This document shows, piece by piece, positions 26,801 through 39,600 of a stretch of DNA of 64,000 nucleotides. Position numbers and translations under genes: made by a program. This DNA is from Raillietiella orientalis. Lineage: Eukaryota. The notes under the pieces were generated by a model. The model was not told the DNA's origin, made no database searches, and worked only from the letters and a program-made list of their open reading frames with translations. The stretch's first letter is position 1, and each line of letters opens with the position of its first letter. Where the stretch lies: NCBI GenBank assembly GCA_036172245.1, contig JAYWIR010000010.1, positions 4,526,001 to 4,590,000 of the forward strand, given 5' to 3'.

Positions 26801-27520
26801 CTCGGGAGAGCTCAAGACAGCTGCGAAATCCCCCCCCCCCCCCTTCCTGGTGCGGAACTCAAGGCTACGGGTTCGAATCCCGGCCCGCGCGACGGAGCAC
26901 TCGTCCCTGAGAAGAAGTCCTCCCACGCTTGCTAGCGGCAACCCGTCCCCGGACCACGACACGACGAGGCCGGGCAGGGAGAGGAAGCAGAAGAAGCTGG
27001 AGGCGCTTGCTACATCCAACCGGAGCATCTCGCAGCTCGACACCTGCCATTGTCGGCGGAAAGGACCGAGGGCAGGGGCCCCCACACGAAGTGTGCTGCA
27101 CCACTCCGCTACCGGAGCTTGGATTCTCAAGGTAACCGCCGCCTCTTCTCTGGCTTCACTAGGAGTCAAAAAGAAGCCGAGGACCACCTCGCTTCCGCGT
27201 GCTCGCGAAAACCGCCGCTCGCACCACCTTCATCCTCAGCACTTTCTCTCTTCGAGCTCCGTCCAAGACGGGCTGCCCTGGCCCCCCGGAAGAGAGGTTC
27301 CAGAAGCGTGGAGAAAGTAGGGTCCTCTGCGAGAAGAACTGGAAGTTTTCCGGCGGATCCCCCCCATGTCTTCCTCTGCTTTCGGAGACGGCAGCGAAAG
27401 TGAGAGGCAGGCGCCCAAGGGAGTAAGTGGGGAGGTTTCCTGGCACCCTTTGCGCGCGGTCCACGGAACGGAGGAGGAGGAAAAAGAAAGGGACGCCACA
27501 TGGGGACGCTGCCCGCTTAC

Positions 27521-27683
27521 CTTCGGCTGCGGATCTTCACTCTGCGGCTAGGGTTTATTCGTCTTCCGTTCTTGAACCACCGTATCTCGGGCGTGGGTCG
27601 TCCGCGCGCTCGGCACCGGATACGCAATTTGCTCCCCAAGGGGATCGTTTCGTTCTTCAGCCCCGTCACCGTAGGCTTTCTGG
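27521..27683 (-). CDS. vn: vein-like exon 2 (first half of I-set Ig domain)
   Basis: Acceptor ttttcggttccattccag|CC and donor CGA AG|gtaagc; phase 1 in, phase 2 out. Reads ARKPTVTGLKNETIPLGSKLRIRCRARGRPTPEIRWFKNG..., a classic Ig I-set C...P.P.I.W.KNG motif. Confidence 0.93.
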
Positions 27684-30600
27684 CTGGAATGGAACCGAAA
27701 AAAAAGGCTGGTAAAGTCCGGACGACAAATCGGGCTGCTCTTAAGAGCGCGGACAGCTCGCTCCTGGGAGCAAGAGAAACTTCGTCCCAAGGGGCTTGCC
27801 GCGGCCGCATAAGAACTCTCCGTCTTCGCGATGACGGACGCCCACGCTCAAGAAAGGCGCGCGCGCGCGCGCTGCATAAGAACGGGAAAGTTTTCAACTA
27901 GCAATAATCGCGTCTCCGCAGGCGTCCTAGACTACGATATTGCCCATGCACAAGAACGGGAAAGAGGTCGAGCAGCGCATGGATGACGACGACGACGGCA
28001 CTTTTCTGGGTCTACCAGCAGACAAGCGAGTGGGGCGCTTCTCCCAGACCCCGACGTTAGAGGACTCGGCGCGGTTCCGTCGGAGCAGCCTTCGGCAAGG
28101 CAGGGAAGCACAGGGGTTCGCGCTTCCGGAAAGGAATGTAGGGAGCTTTGCGAGTTTCGAGGAAGGAACGGATTCTTCCGGACTCGCAAGAGCGCGGTCT
28201 AGCAGGGTGGAGGTGAGCGTGTGGGGAATGAGGGAGGGGAGGGGGCACGAACCACCTGAGCCCGAAGCATCAAAGAGCAGCCGAGTGCGGAACAAACCGT
28301 CCAGCGTGCCGGGGACGTACCGCACCGGCCGGCATGGTCTGTGCTATTCCAGGCTCCAGGTTGGAAAGTCAGAAACTACGGAAGAGGACAGAGGGAGAAG
28401 GCGAAACGCATCCTGAAGGAACGCCTACGGACCTGACCAGGAATCCCCGTGGAAGTCACGCGGTAAGGCGCAAAGAGACCATGGCGGCGGCCTGTGACCG
28501 TCGTTTTGATTACATCGGGAGCGAAGAGGCGGTGACTGCTCGCTGTTGCCGGTTGCTCGTGCCCTGAAGGATGGGGGCAAGGGCGAGAAGAGGTCAGCGA
28601 AAACCCACTCTTTCCCCTCTTGGTATGCTGCTATCACGACGCGACCCGTCACTGAGCGATCGCCGAGAGTCCCGGAGCGCATGCGGCCGGCTGCTCCTAC
28701 AGCGTCATCTCAAGCGGAGAAAAGCCGAGCTGGATGCTCAGAGCCTTGTGTCCTAGCAACGTTTTTGCGAAGAAACCAGCTAGCTTCAATGATCTATTTG
28801 GAAAAACAAAAAATCATAAGCCCGGGGTGGGACCCCGCGTTCCAGTTCGACGTCAAACCTTCTCACGCATCCTCCAAAGAGGCTGCGGCTGCTGCTCTTC
28901 ACTGCGCGGAGTTCTCGGTTTACCCCGAAAAGACCACCTACAGGTGGCCTTCTCCTACTTTGATCTTAGTCAAAAGGCCGAGAAGCGATATCCACGACAC
29001 ATATCCACGAAAACGCCGCGGCGAACAGCCAGCAGGACGGAGGAGAAACCGGAAAGACAGGTCGGGCGGCGAAAGAGAAGCGACTTGGAGTCTGATTGGC
29101 TTTCGGGGGCATCAGGTCCGGGCCTGGGATGTGAGCACTCAGGTCGCCCAAGGCCCAGCGAGAGAGCTCCGCTTCGAGGAGACCCTCCAAGTCGGCGAGC
29201 CCAGCTTTTCACGACCGGACGGGGCTCACCGGGAGAATGGGACGCAGGAGACGCCTCCATGCATCCAATCCGAGCAGTTGACGTGCCACATCGCACCGGC
29301 TGAAGCGCAGCGTGGATTCGTAGGAGGCGATTCGCTTCGTCGACCCTGGTTCGGTCGGTGCTGCCATCGAGCGCAGCCGCTCGAAAACTCAGCTGCCACC
29401 TCCCTTCAGTCTCTGGGTTCGCACCCCCCAGGGAATCCCTCCTTCAGACAACGCGACTAGCAGAGCACGACCGCGGGACCGTCGCAACAGGAGCAGCAGC
29501 CCCAACGCGTTCCTTTCGGGAACAGGGCCGCCAGCCACCTCAATGCAGGGTGCGGACAGACCCCATGTCGTGGGAATCCCTGCAAATTGGTCCGCGCCAT
29601 CGGCATGGACACTACTATTGTCACTCGGCTCGGCGTGTACGTAGGCCACTCTGTGGCAGCGCTATCGAAACACAAGGGCGGATGGCCCCTCCCACGGGGA
29701 TTTGCTCTGTCCCACTGAAACAAGTTCTGCCCCGCATCGGGTGAGATCTCTCCCTGAGAGCGCTTTCGAGCATGATGAGCACCCTGCCCCATTCTTTGGT
29801 TGCCCAACACATGCAGCGGACATGTTGTCCTGCCAGCGCGGCCACGTTCCAATGCACGAGAGGAAATCACACCGTTCTTCTACGAGCTAGTCCAATCGCG
29901 ACCAACTGGACGTTGGCGTGCAAACCGATCGAGGTATCCTTGCTCTAGGCGCAGCTACCCTTTTCCTGGGTCATGTACTTTTCTGCAGCCACTCAGTAGA
30001 ATTCTCTTAATCCTCTCTCAGTCTTTTCTGATGAACCGATTCCTTTTGCGATTCATTCTATGCTGTTTCCTAGATCGGAAGCATCTCGCGCATTTTTCTT
30101 TGTCTCTCGATCTCTCCCTTTTCCATCCTCCCCTTCCTCCCCTTTCAAATTAGTGTCTTTCGAATCTTTTACTCCAAATATACACCGGAATGGATGCAGC
30201 ACATCTATTGACGACCTTGTTTTTATTTTTAGCTTTCATCCTTCCACTATTTTTCCACTAATGCTTGATATCGCTAGTTTTGCCCTCTGCAAAAGGCAAC
30301 CCACTCGCGAGTCGCGAAATTTCTGTTCGATTCCGTCACGAACTTTCAGCAAGAAGGCGATCGAGGGACAGCCGAGGACTTCGGGAGTCCCCCAACACCG
30401 AACGCTTTTGTGATGTAGGTATTTTCCTTTTGTGTGTGTGTGTTGCTGTTCGCTCTTCCCCCTCATCAACTGTTTTAAACAATTTCCTACCCATCGCACG
30501 TAGTGGTGAGATTGCCAAAATTCACCCATGTTTGTTTCCCCAGATCAACCGAATGCTCTTCAAAAAGCAACAAACTCCACCTCGCCCTCCCTCGATTTTC

Positions 30601-33600
30601 GACTCACAGGAACTAGTGAATGCCCGTGAACGCCACATATAAATTACATACCAGCTGAGATGCAATCTCAGGAACATCCCCGCCAGTTCTTGATGCGATT
30701 GAATCTTCAGGGTTTGCACGGGGAGCAAGCAGTAGGCAGTTCGTTTATTGCTCGGTCGACTTGGAAACGCGACACTCGAGCAAACTGCCAGTCGTAGGCT
30801 TTCGTTACGTCATGCTAATTGTTGTTTTATAAATAATATGCCGACTTCTCCGGGAATGTGGGGGGGGGGGGGGGGCTAGTTCCCGGAAGAACACAGTATT
30901 CGTACGGTCCATAGAGGATACATACAGTGTTCCGCGGCCGCGAGATCGGTTTGCAAACGGCGGGTTAAGTGTCGATTCCGATTCCGAATCAAAACAAACT
31001 CGTCGAAGGAAAACGAACCCGAATGCCGAACCCGGAATCATTCATTTTTTTTCCCCACCAGCCGCGCTGTTCTTTCACAAATGCCTGGAAACAGCGCGAC
31101 GGCCTACCTGTGTGTGCCGCCGCTGTTCGGTGCTGCCCAGAAATTGCTTGCGTGAAACGGCGGGGAGGCGGTTTTTTGGGGGGGAGGGGCGAAGCAGTGG
31201 TCTTTTTGCCTCTCGCGCCGCACCGCATCCGGGTGGCGTCCTCAGTGCCGTGCAGCAGCTCCGACTGCTGTCCACTCGAAAATTCCGAATCGCGAGGATT
31301 TCACAGGACACGCGCTTTCGTTCCTCAGATTCTCCAGCCTCCTCGTGCCCTCGGGGCCGAATTTCAATTCCATCGCGTTCTCCGAGCTCCTTCCCGTGCT
31401 CCGATGGGCATCTTGACTCGCTTCCGAAGGCGCAGCAATCGACCCGGTGCTTCTCCACAAGACGGTGCTCTTCCTCAGCTGCAGCTTCCTTCACCTGCCT
31501 TCGCGGTTTGCAGCCCTCGTGGTGCTGCTACCCCCCGCAGCGCGTGGTCCTGCTCACTTGCGGGTCCCGGACTTCGAAAGCTCTCGCGCAAGCAGTAAAT
31601 CGAATCGAATTTCGGCTCGCGGACTTTTCGGACGCTTGCAGCATGGCAAACCCTCTCGTCTCTTCGTGGTCCCGTTCACTACACGGAGTTCACCAATGAG
31701 GAGGAACTCGGGATGAGCTTTCGTATGACGAAGATTATCCCATTTCGAGGCTATCCCATTTCCTGTTTTTCCGTTTCGAGCTGGAGCAGTGTTCGTGTCC
31801 TTGTTTGAACCATCCTGATTGTCCTGAACGCCTTGGTGTTATTTCGTCCCTCCCTCGACCCAGCTGATTTTCAAATGAAGGCTTTTTTGTTTGCTGGTAT
31901 TTGCCCAAATGCGAATGGGCAACTTGTCGAGTCGGGACAGCCTTCGAGCGTGAGCAGGAAGTTCTTTCATGCCTGCCATGTCGACCTTTTCGACGTGACA
32001 TCGCCAGCACTGTGGTGACCGTTTCCTACGGGAGGGGAGAAGAGGGCGGGGAGAAAAAAAACGGTTAGGTGATCACAAGTGGGGAACGAGATGAGCCGGA
32101 AGTTCGGATACCTTGGCCGAGCAAGGCCACACCGGCGACCACCTGGACATGACACGGAAACCGACCACACCCCGACGCGGAGCGCCTTCTTTCCGGTTTG
32201 TGCTGGACGTACGCACTCTTTCAGTGGCACGTCACATGATGATGCTAATAGTACTCAAACTCAGATAAGATGCCCTCCGAAAAGCTTGGAAGCAAGCAAA
32301 CAAACAAGCAGAACACTTGCAGAATGATTCGGAGGCGCATCTTTGCCGAAATCGACAAACAAAATAGAAAAAAAAACCAAAAACAAATGGATTGTTCGCG
32401 ACCGTGTAAGAAGAAGAAACGAGTCGACTTTTGGGTTTTTTGCAAGGGAAACAACTGAGATCTCTCTTCAGCATGGATTCTGCTATCCGGTTCTCTCGGT
32501 CTTGGAATATGGAAATCTGCGATCCCTCATGCTGGAGGCGAACCCCCTGCTTTGAGGTCGAATCCCTTAGAGGGGCTGTGTTCTCGCCGGAGCTCAGCTC
32601 TTACGTCTCCAGATTCGAGATGATGGTGAAGTCTCCCAGCAAAGATTTTCGTTCTCGAGCTGAAGACGTAGGGAGCGGACCAAAGAAAGATTTCGGACCT
32701 TGCACGACGGACGAAGGCGACTCCACCCTTCCCAGCCACCAAGTCGTTCGTGGCATCCTCACAACTCGGTGCCGCGTCTCCTGCCGACAACCACTTCGCG
32801 AAAGGGTTTGCGTGTCAAAGACACCGAGGATGACGTTCGCGCGCAGGTTCCTGTCGAAAAGCAGAGAGTTCGCCGTGTACGCGGGAAGGCCACCGAAAAA
32901 GATAAATAAATAAATGAAATTCAGTTCTGCTAAGGAATAAAAAAAGAAGAAGAAGAAATTCTTCCTCGAAAAGTCCTTCATCTCGGATGCGAGGGATCCG
33001 TTCATCTCACGAGAGCGGTGAAGCCGGCAGGGCGCGTCTCGTCCCGACTCCCTGTTCGAACGAACCTCCTCCTCCTCTCTCTTTCCCCTTCGAGAGGAAG
33101 GGGGGAGGGGGAACGCGAAAAAAAAAAAAAAAAAAGAAACACCAAAAACAAAAAACCGGGACAACTAATTATCCCGTCCAGCACTCAAGAAGGCGACGAA
33201 TCACGAAATCTGATTTTTCCGCTCGTGTTTTGAGGAGACTCCCTCCCTCCCTCCCTCCCTCCCTCCCGTGTGGCTTTTGCGCGGCCGCCGCTTCCTGCAG
33301 AAAACGCGCCGTACGAGCGAAGAGAATCCGTTGCCGGTGCAACGTGCACGCGGTAATCTCGACGCGGGAACGCGCTTGCTTCTGCTCGGAGGCAGAAGGG
33401 ATTTCGAAGATATTTTGGTTTCATGAAACAGAGTTGAAAGAACAAGCTGGATGCTTGCCAGTGCACGACGAACGCCTCGCCTGTGAATCTGCGAATCGGC
33501 GAGCTAATTTGCACCGCGGATCTCACAGCTGAAGGCTGATCGAGGCGGCGTGCCCCCAGCCTCCCCGGCTCGCAATTAAGGCGATGGGGAAAATGCCCCG

Positions 33601-35545
33601 CACTTATCGCAGGTGCACGCACACCTAGGTGTTGCGCGCGTGCACACCCCGTTCCTGCTGCGAGAGCGGGATGAGAGAGGGCGAAACGCGCGTTCGTTGT
33701 CCGGGCGAAACCGTCCCAGTTCGGATCCGAGCTCCCTTTTGTGCCCCCCTCCCCCCTGGTGACGGAGGCGCGGAGGGAAATTCGCGCGTGAACGCGCTGC
33801 TCCTGGTCACGAACGGGCCACGAGACCGTCGGAATCGCGTCTCCTGCTGCAGCCTCCCCTGGGGTGGACACCCAAGGCGCGTGGAGGACCTTCCTGCGGC
33901 ACCAAGGCCGTCGGAAGCTCGCTCTGCCCAACCCCTCTAGCAGTCACGTGGCGAGATGACGCAACTCGCGATCGTTGCGGCAGTCCGTCGGCCCCGGAAG
34001 GAGCGCGCACTGGGCACCCCCAGCTCGCCCCTTCGTCTTGCAGCCATTTTCAAGTGGCGGCACACACGCGTGACCCCGGCGGCAGCCTTCGATCCCACGC
34101 TTCTCTTTGGAAGGAGACAGAGCAGATTTAAGTTGCATTTTCCACCAACGCGCTGTTGCTGGTTTGCCTGTTGTACTTGCCCTCGCCTTTTCTTCCTTTC
34201 CTTTTTTTCCGGAAGAACGCAACCCCCCCCCCCTGCCCCCCTCCGTTCCCCCTTCCTTCCTTCCCCGACCCCCTCCCCTCCGACCGCTTTCGGATTCGCT
34301 TCTGGAGAATTACCGAGCTGGTCTAGAACTCGGCACTTGCGAATTTCCCGCAAAAAGCCTGCAGCAATCCAAGAGGCCTGGATTTTGACGGGATGCCATT
34401 TCGCGAACCCTTAAGGAAGCGATTCTGGAACGCGCGCCCTCGAATCGCTGGCGACGTCGCTGGAATTGTTGTCGCAGAAAGCAAAACAGTTCCGATCGAA
34501 AGAGAAAAAAAAAAGAAAAGAAAGGAAATGCATCTGTGCAGTCAGGTCCCTCAAAGTCATTACTGTCTCTCGTAATGGTCCTATGAATCTATAGAGTTAT
34601 GTTCGATAGCTGAAGGAGTTGTCTGAAACCGAAAGAACGTTCGCAAGTCGTCGCTCCCGGTAGAATTTATGCAGTCCACTTTGTTGAATGCCAATAAAAA
34701 GAGATACCAGAACGAGAATACTTGATCGTATTTTTTAATTTTATTGTGGGGAAGCCTCCCGTGGTATTTTGGACGGGATGATATCCCAGCGCTTTTTTCA
34801 CTCGTCAGCTTTCGTTTCTCCCGAAGGAAAGTGTTCCTGAACGGAACGCCGCGCGCCCCTTCGCCGGAGGTGCATCATTTGTGCGCGACGGTCAGGAAGA
34901 GGAATTTCCCAGCTTCCTTCTTGAGCATTTGTAAGGTCCGACGAGACGGTCGAGGGACGGTCCACTCGTGGACGAGATTCGTCTCAAGATTAAAGCGGTT
35001 CCGAATTTCGAAAGACGACAGCACGATTCGGGTTCACGCATCTTTCAGAGGTAGTGGCTAGAAGGTCGGACGATTCCCTCCTCCTATCAGCATCCTGCTG
35101 AACGCCTTGTTTGCTTTCCGAACGAAAAGAGAGCTCGTCTTTCAGATCGGTATTTTCCACCCCCGAAAAAAAGAAAAAAGAAAAACAAAAAAGCTTGTTG
35201 GAACCTTCTTAGTTTTCAGCCCACTGTGCCTCCGCCTTCATCATCCTTAGAATTGGACTTGCTCTATCCGATCTCATTTGCCACACTCGAGCTGCTGAAA
35301 GCCTGCGCTGCTTGCGCTCTCGGCGATCGCAATGGAGCTGAGTTCTTCGCCTTCCAAGAAGGTCCGACTCCGTCGTGTCTCTGGCTCTGAAGAGACCTCA
35401 GGCGTGACCTCAACATGGAGTCCCAAGGATCCCGAAAAGCTGACAGAATGTGGGAAGAGTGCTTGCTGCTTCCTTCTTGACGCCATGACGTAGGACGGCA
35501 CTTTCCGCGCCCCGTTGGCGAGCGCGCATCGTCTTTCTCGGCTTG

Positions 35546-35564
35546 GCGCGCGCGCGCGCGCGCG
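35546..35564. repeat. (CG)n alternating tract, Z-DNA prone
   Basis: gcgcgcgcgcgcgcgcgcg; a similar tract lies at about 27857-27872. Confidence 0.9.
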
Positions 35565-36319
35565 GCAACCGTGAGTGTTCCGATCTCGAAGGTGCATGCT
35601 TGGTCCGCGGAGCTGATCCTCTCGAAGCACAGGAGGTCTCGCGAAGATCCGTTCTTCTGTCTGGACTGGATTGCGGGAAGAGATGGTCGCTACTTTCTGT
35701 GCTTTTGACGAAAGCAACAGTCCTGCTCCGAGTCATCTGGACAGTACATTCGAAGCTGCAGCACGAGGGCCGGCTGACGCGTTTGGGTGATGTACCAAGC
35801 GCGTCACTTATTTCGCCAAATGATCGGCATAGTTCAGTGACTTCAGTATCCTCTGCGTGAACCCGACAATGGTTCCATTTCTACTGAAAACCGGACAGTG
35901 ACTCTACAGCAGTGCGCGGAAAGCTGCGTGGATGCGACGCCCTTTCTTGGACGCTTGCTTGGAGCTCGGTACACTTCCATCCAAGGAATCCGCAATGGTC
36001 GAGCATCCAAAAGTGAAATCATTGTGGGATACTCTGAATGGGATGCTAACCAGCGATCCCCTTTGGCACTCCGCTTGTTCCTCCACCGTGGACGGTCACG
36101 GACAGCGCGTGATCTAGAGAAACTTCGCGCCGAGTGCTCGAGATACTCGGCTCGCGATGCCGCGGGAGCCATCAAAATGCAATTTGCCCCGAGCGCTTCT
36201 TTCATCCCGATCTGTGGTCATTATTCGGCAGTGTCGGAGGTAAAAGAGCGGCCTAAAATTCTACCCAGCTTCTCGAAAGCATCGATTTCCCAGAGGAAGC
36301 TAATCCGCAGCTCCCAAGT

Positions 36320-36705
36320 GGACCCTCCATCGCGTTCCATGAAGCCGGTGTTGATGCATCTCCAGATTGTGAGAAGCGCGTTGCTCCCTCTGGGGAGCGG
36401 CCCTTCTGGGAAATTCGGGAGCGTGCCTTAGGGGTTCTCTTCAGAGGAGGAAGCAAGGAGCGGTTCCCTTGCGGGTTCCCTCCGGAGAAGAAATGAGGAG
36501 TGGGCCCTCTTCCCTGGGGCTCCCTCCGGAGAGATTAAGGAAGAGTTTCTTTTCGGGGTTCCTTTCGAACACAACCAGGGCGAGGGTCTCTCCCAAACGT
36601 ATGAGGGACGGACTCCTTCCTCTGGAGCCTTCCTGGATTCATAGGCCCTAACTTGAATAATAACACGCACCTTCGGGTGGTGTGGACCGTGCTCAAGAGC
36701 TACCT
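36320..36705. repeat. unclassified dispersed repeat, copy 3
   Basis: atcgcgttccatg...agaagcgcgttgctccctctggggagcg...ttctcttcagaggaggaagcaaggagcggttcccttgc...cttcctggattcat...cctaacttgaa...gggtggtgtggac...caagagct. Confidence 0.8.
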
Positions 36706-36799
36706 AACCTCTCCGTCTCCCCTTAAGGAGGCGAACGGTTCTTCAGTAACCGAAGGTCAAAACAGAAGAATCCAAAAGGATTTTCACCATCCTGGTGAG

Positions 36800-37470
36800 G
36801 GACCAGCGGGGACGGACTGGAACTCGTGCGTGCATCCTGGAATTCGCCGTCTGTTTACTCATTCCGTACTGGTGGACCATCTCCCTGCACATGAGCGAAA
36901 ACGAATCGAAATGACCTCCACCCGCGGGCAGCAGCACGGGACGAAAACCTACGTCTTCGATAACCGAGCGACGGTGGCGCAGGCCACCGGACTTCTCGCA
37001 CCGGAAGATCAACCATCCTTTTCTCATGGTCGGCGCTGGCGAAATCCTATTCAGATGCGAAACAACATGTATGCGCCCCGACTTCGAAAAGCGCGCACGA
37101 GTGGTCCGTCGCGAGGTGGATCGGGCTGCAAGAGGAGCCAAAGAAAAGCACGTATGACAGATCTTCATGTCTCTGTATGCTGTTTGTGATTTCCGAAAGG
37201 GAAAGCGTTCCCAAAGTTCTCAAAGGCACGCTTGAACTCAACACGAATTGCAGCACAAACAAGATGAGCGCCTGAAAGAAGGCCGAGCTCCTTGTGTTCA
37301 AAAAAAAAAAAAAAGTACTTGAGAAGAAAAGTCATTGCTCGACGGTGCCATGCCGTATGTCGCCGGACATTGTGGGTACGAAATGCACTCGCATGCTCGT
37401 TGGTCTCCGTGACGCACTCCGGCCGCAAGTCGACCGAGCTGCGCGTACGCAGAGAAACTCTCGCCATCCA
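36800..37470 (+). mobile_element. decayed Ty3/gypsy integrase (zinc-binding region and core)
   Basis: HPGIRRLFTHSVLVDHLPAHERKRIE...TGLLAPEDQPSF resembles HPGI.RT......WP.M...I ... GLL.P...P; SVTHSGRKSTEL resembles H..TG.SP.EL. Confidence 0.45.
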
Positions 37471-38329
37471 CGAGACCCCGATTCGAAAACTGGAAGCGAG
37501 GCTCTGCGAAGTCAGGTCCACTTTCACCTGAGACCGTCTCTGCAGGGATTGCAAGTGGACCATTGCTCTTACGCCCGCTTCCAGGCAACGCGACCGTGGG
37601 GAACGAGATCTCACGGAGGTAGGTAATCCTCAAGCGTTCTCAAAAATGGCCGCTAAATCGGAGGAATCTGCATCCGACGCACTTGCCGACACAAAGATAC
37701 TATACATCTGACGGACGGCTTCCTACTGACTTGACCGAACAAAAAAGAATCTAAAAAAGAGGATGGTGCAAGTCAAGTTTGGTGAAGAAGAAGGGATCGC
37801 GTGCTTCCCTGCTTCCTACCCAGCCTCCTAGCCTCTTCCCTCTAGAAAGGGACCTTCGAGGACAGAAAATAAAGGAAAAGATATGCGGTGCTCCTTCGAG
37901 CGAGCGCCGAGAATTTTTCAGCGCACGTGTGAAAACTTCGACGAAGCAGCTGCAACGCTGGGACTCCCGGCTTCTTGTCCAGGGCAGTCCGCAGAGGAGA
38001 TCACGTGGGTTTGGACAGCACGATGTCGCACCGACAGGCCACTCACAATGGCGTGTCGACTTTGCAAATGCTGCCTGGAGCAAGCAACCGCCATTCCAGA
38101 GTAGTTGCACTTCCTTCTCCCCCTCCCCCGTCCTCCCTTGGTGTGTTCTTTTCCGCAGAAAAGATCTTCCCTGAAAGATGACGCAACATCTTTGCCGCAG
38201 TGGTTTGGAGCAAAAATTCGAGCCCCATTTTGGCTCTGTGAGGCTTACTCAGCTGTGCACATCAAGAGTTTCTAGTTTTGTGTCTGGATTGCCAAGTCCA
38301 TCTAGAGATCCTCGTGAGTGAGAAAGATG

Positions 38330-38690
38330 TTTTGAGGAAATCCACTGGGGGAACACTTATTCTCAACCTCGTCCACGAGTGTGTGGATTCAACCAGGTCC
38401 ACTGTTCATATCGTATGCATTTACCACTGGTTTCTTGTTTACTCTTTTCGAAGTCTGCAGGAGCTGCTAAATTCAGCTCATCCACTGTGGAGAACATCGA
38501 ATTGCCATGTTCTCGTTCACCGTGCCGGAGCTATCGTCGAATCTCTCGGGACGGTGGACTGGTTGCTCTGCTTATCTTGGTGGATCCGTTCCTGCCCTCG
38601 AAAGAACTGGTGCTGGAGCTGACCAGTTCTTGCACCCTTCTCGTCTCACAACACGCAGTTCCAGAGTTCCCTTTCCATTAAGACCGACCT
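38330..38690 (-). mobile_element. possible decayed piggyBac-like transposase fragment
   Basis: SMFST and KKPVVNAYDMNSG resemble piggyBac .MLST and KP..V..YN..MGGVD; many stops and frameshifts. Confidence 0.25.
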
Positions 38691-39109
38691 TAGGGAGAGG
38701 TTCGTCGCTTCCCACTTAAGCGTCCAAAAATGGAGAAGTCGGACACGCGCCGACCTCAGTGGCTTTTGGATGAATGGCGACTGCCCGTTGCCATCGAGAT
38801 TCCTCGTTCCCAGAGTTGCATTCTATCCTATTCCTCCTCCCTCAAACTCGTTCGTAGCCTGGCTCGAAATGTTTCCGACTGCCATCTGGACGGATGGAGA
38901 AAGGCCGTTTGCCGCAAAGGGTCAGGGGTCGCGGGAAAAGGCATGCTGTCTGAACGGGTCGCGGAGAGCGGCGGTAAGGGTGCATCCGGAACGAACGCTC
39001 TTTGAGAGGTTCCGCGGAATACTGCCAACGTCAAGTCATCTCACAGTGAGAAGGCCTTCCGAGGAGAGCTCTCGAAAGAGAGAGAAAAGGTTTTGCAAAC
39101 GTCGGGGAG

Positions 39110-39600
39110 CCTGAAATTGCTCGTAAGACAACAACATGGTCATCTCTGCGATTCGATCCACATCGTGAAAGGAGGCCACAAAAACTTGGATACCACGAAC
39201 GTTCCCTATTCGTCTCGATTCACATCTCGCATCGCGAGCGTCATCATCCTCTGCCGAGATTCAGATCTTCCAGAGAAGAGGGACACGATTTTTTGGGATC
39301 CAGGGGAAGAACGGATTCGCCGCCTAAGGGCAACTACGAGAGGTTCCGGAAAAATAGCCAACTCGGAAAAAACGTCTACCACCACTTTAACAAAGATAAT
39401 CCTCGGAAGCAGCTAGCTCCTGAAAGAACCGGTAAGTGGCTGCTGCAGAGGGTAGGTGAGCGCACGCTCAGCCTTCTGGACAACGTTGCAAGAAGAATGC
39501 GAATCAGCCAGGACACCACAAGAGCTGCGGGCGAACGTTTCCTGGCTCTGTTCGCCTCCCTGCATGAATTCTGTCCTGAACGCGTGGGGAGGAGGTATCG
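39110..39600 (+). mobile_element. decayed BEL/Pao integrase fragment
   Basis: SRFTSRIASVIILCRDSD resembles RRF.SRRG.P..I.SDN; RTPQELRANV...CMNSVL resembles LT.EEL.T.....LNSRPL. Confidence 0.35.
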
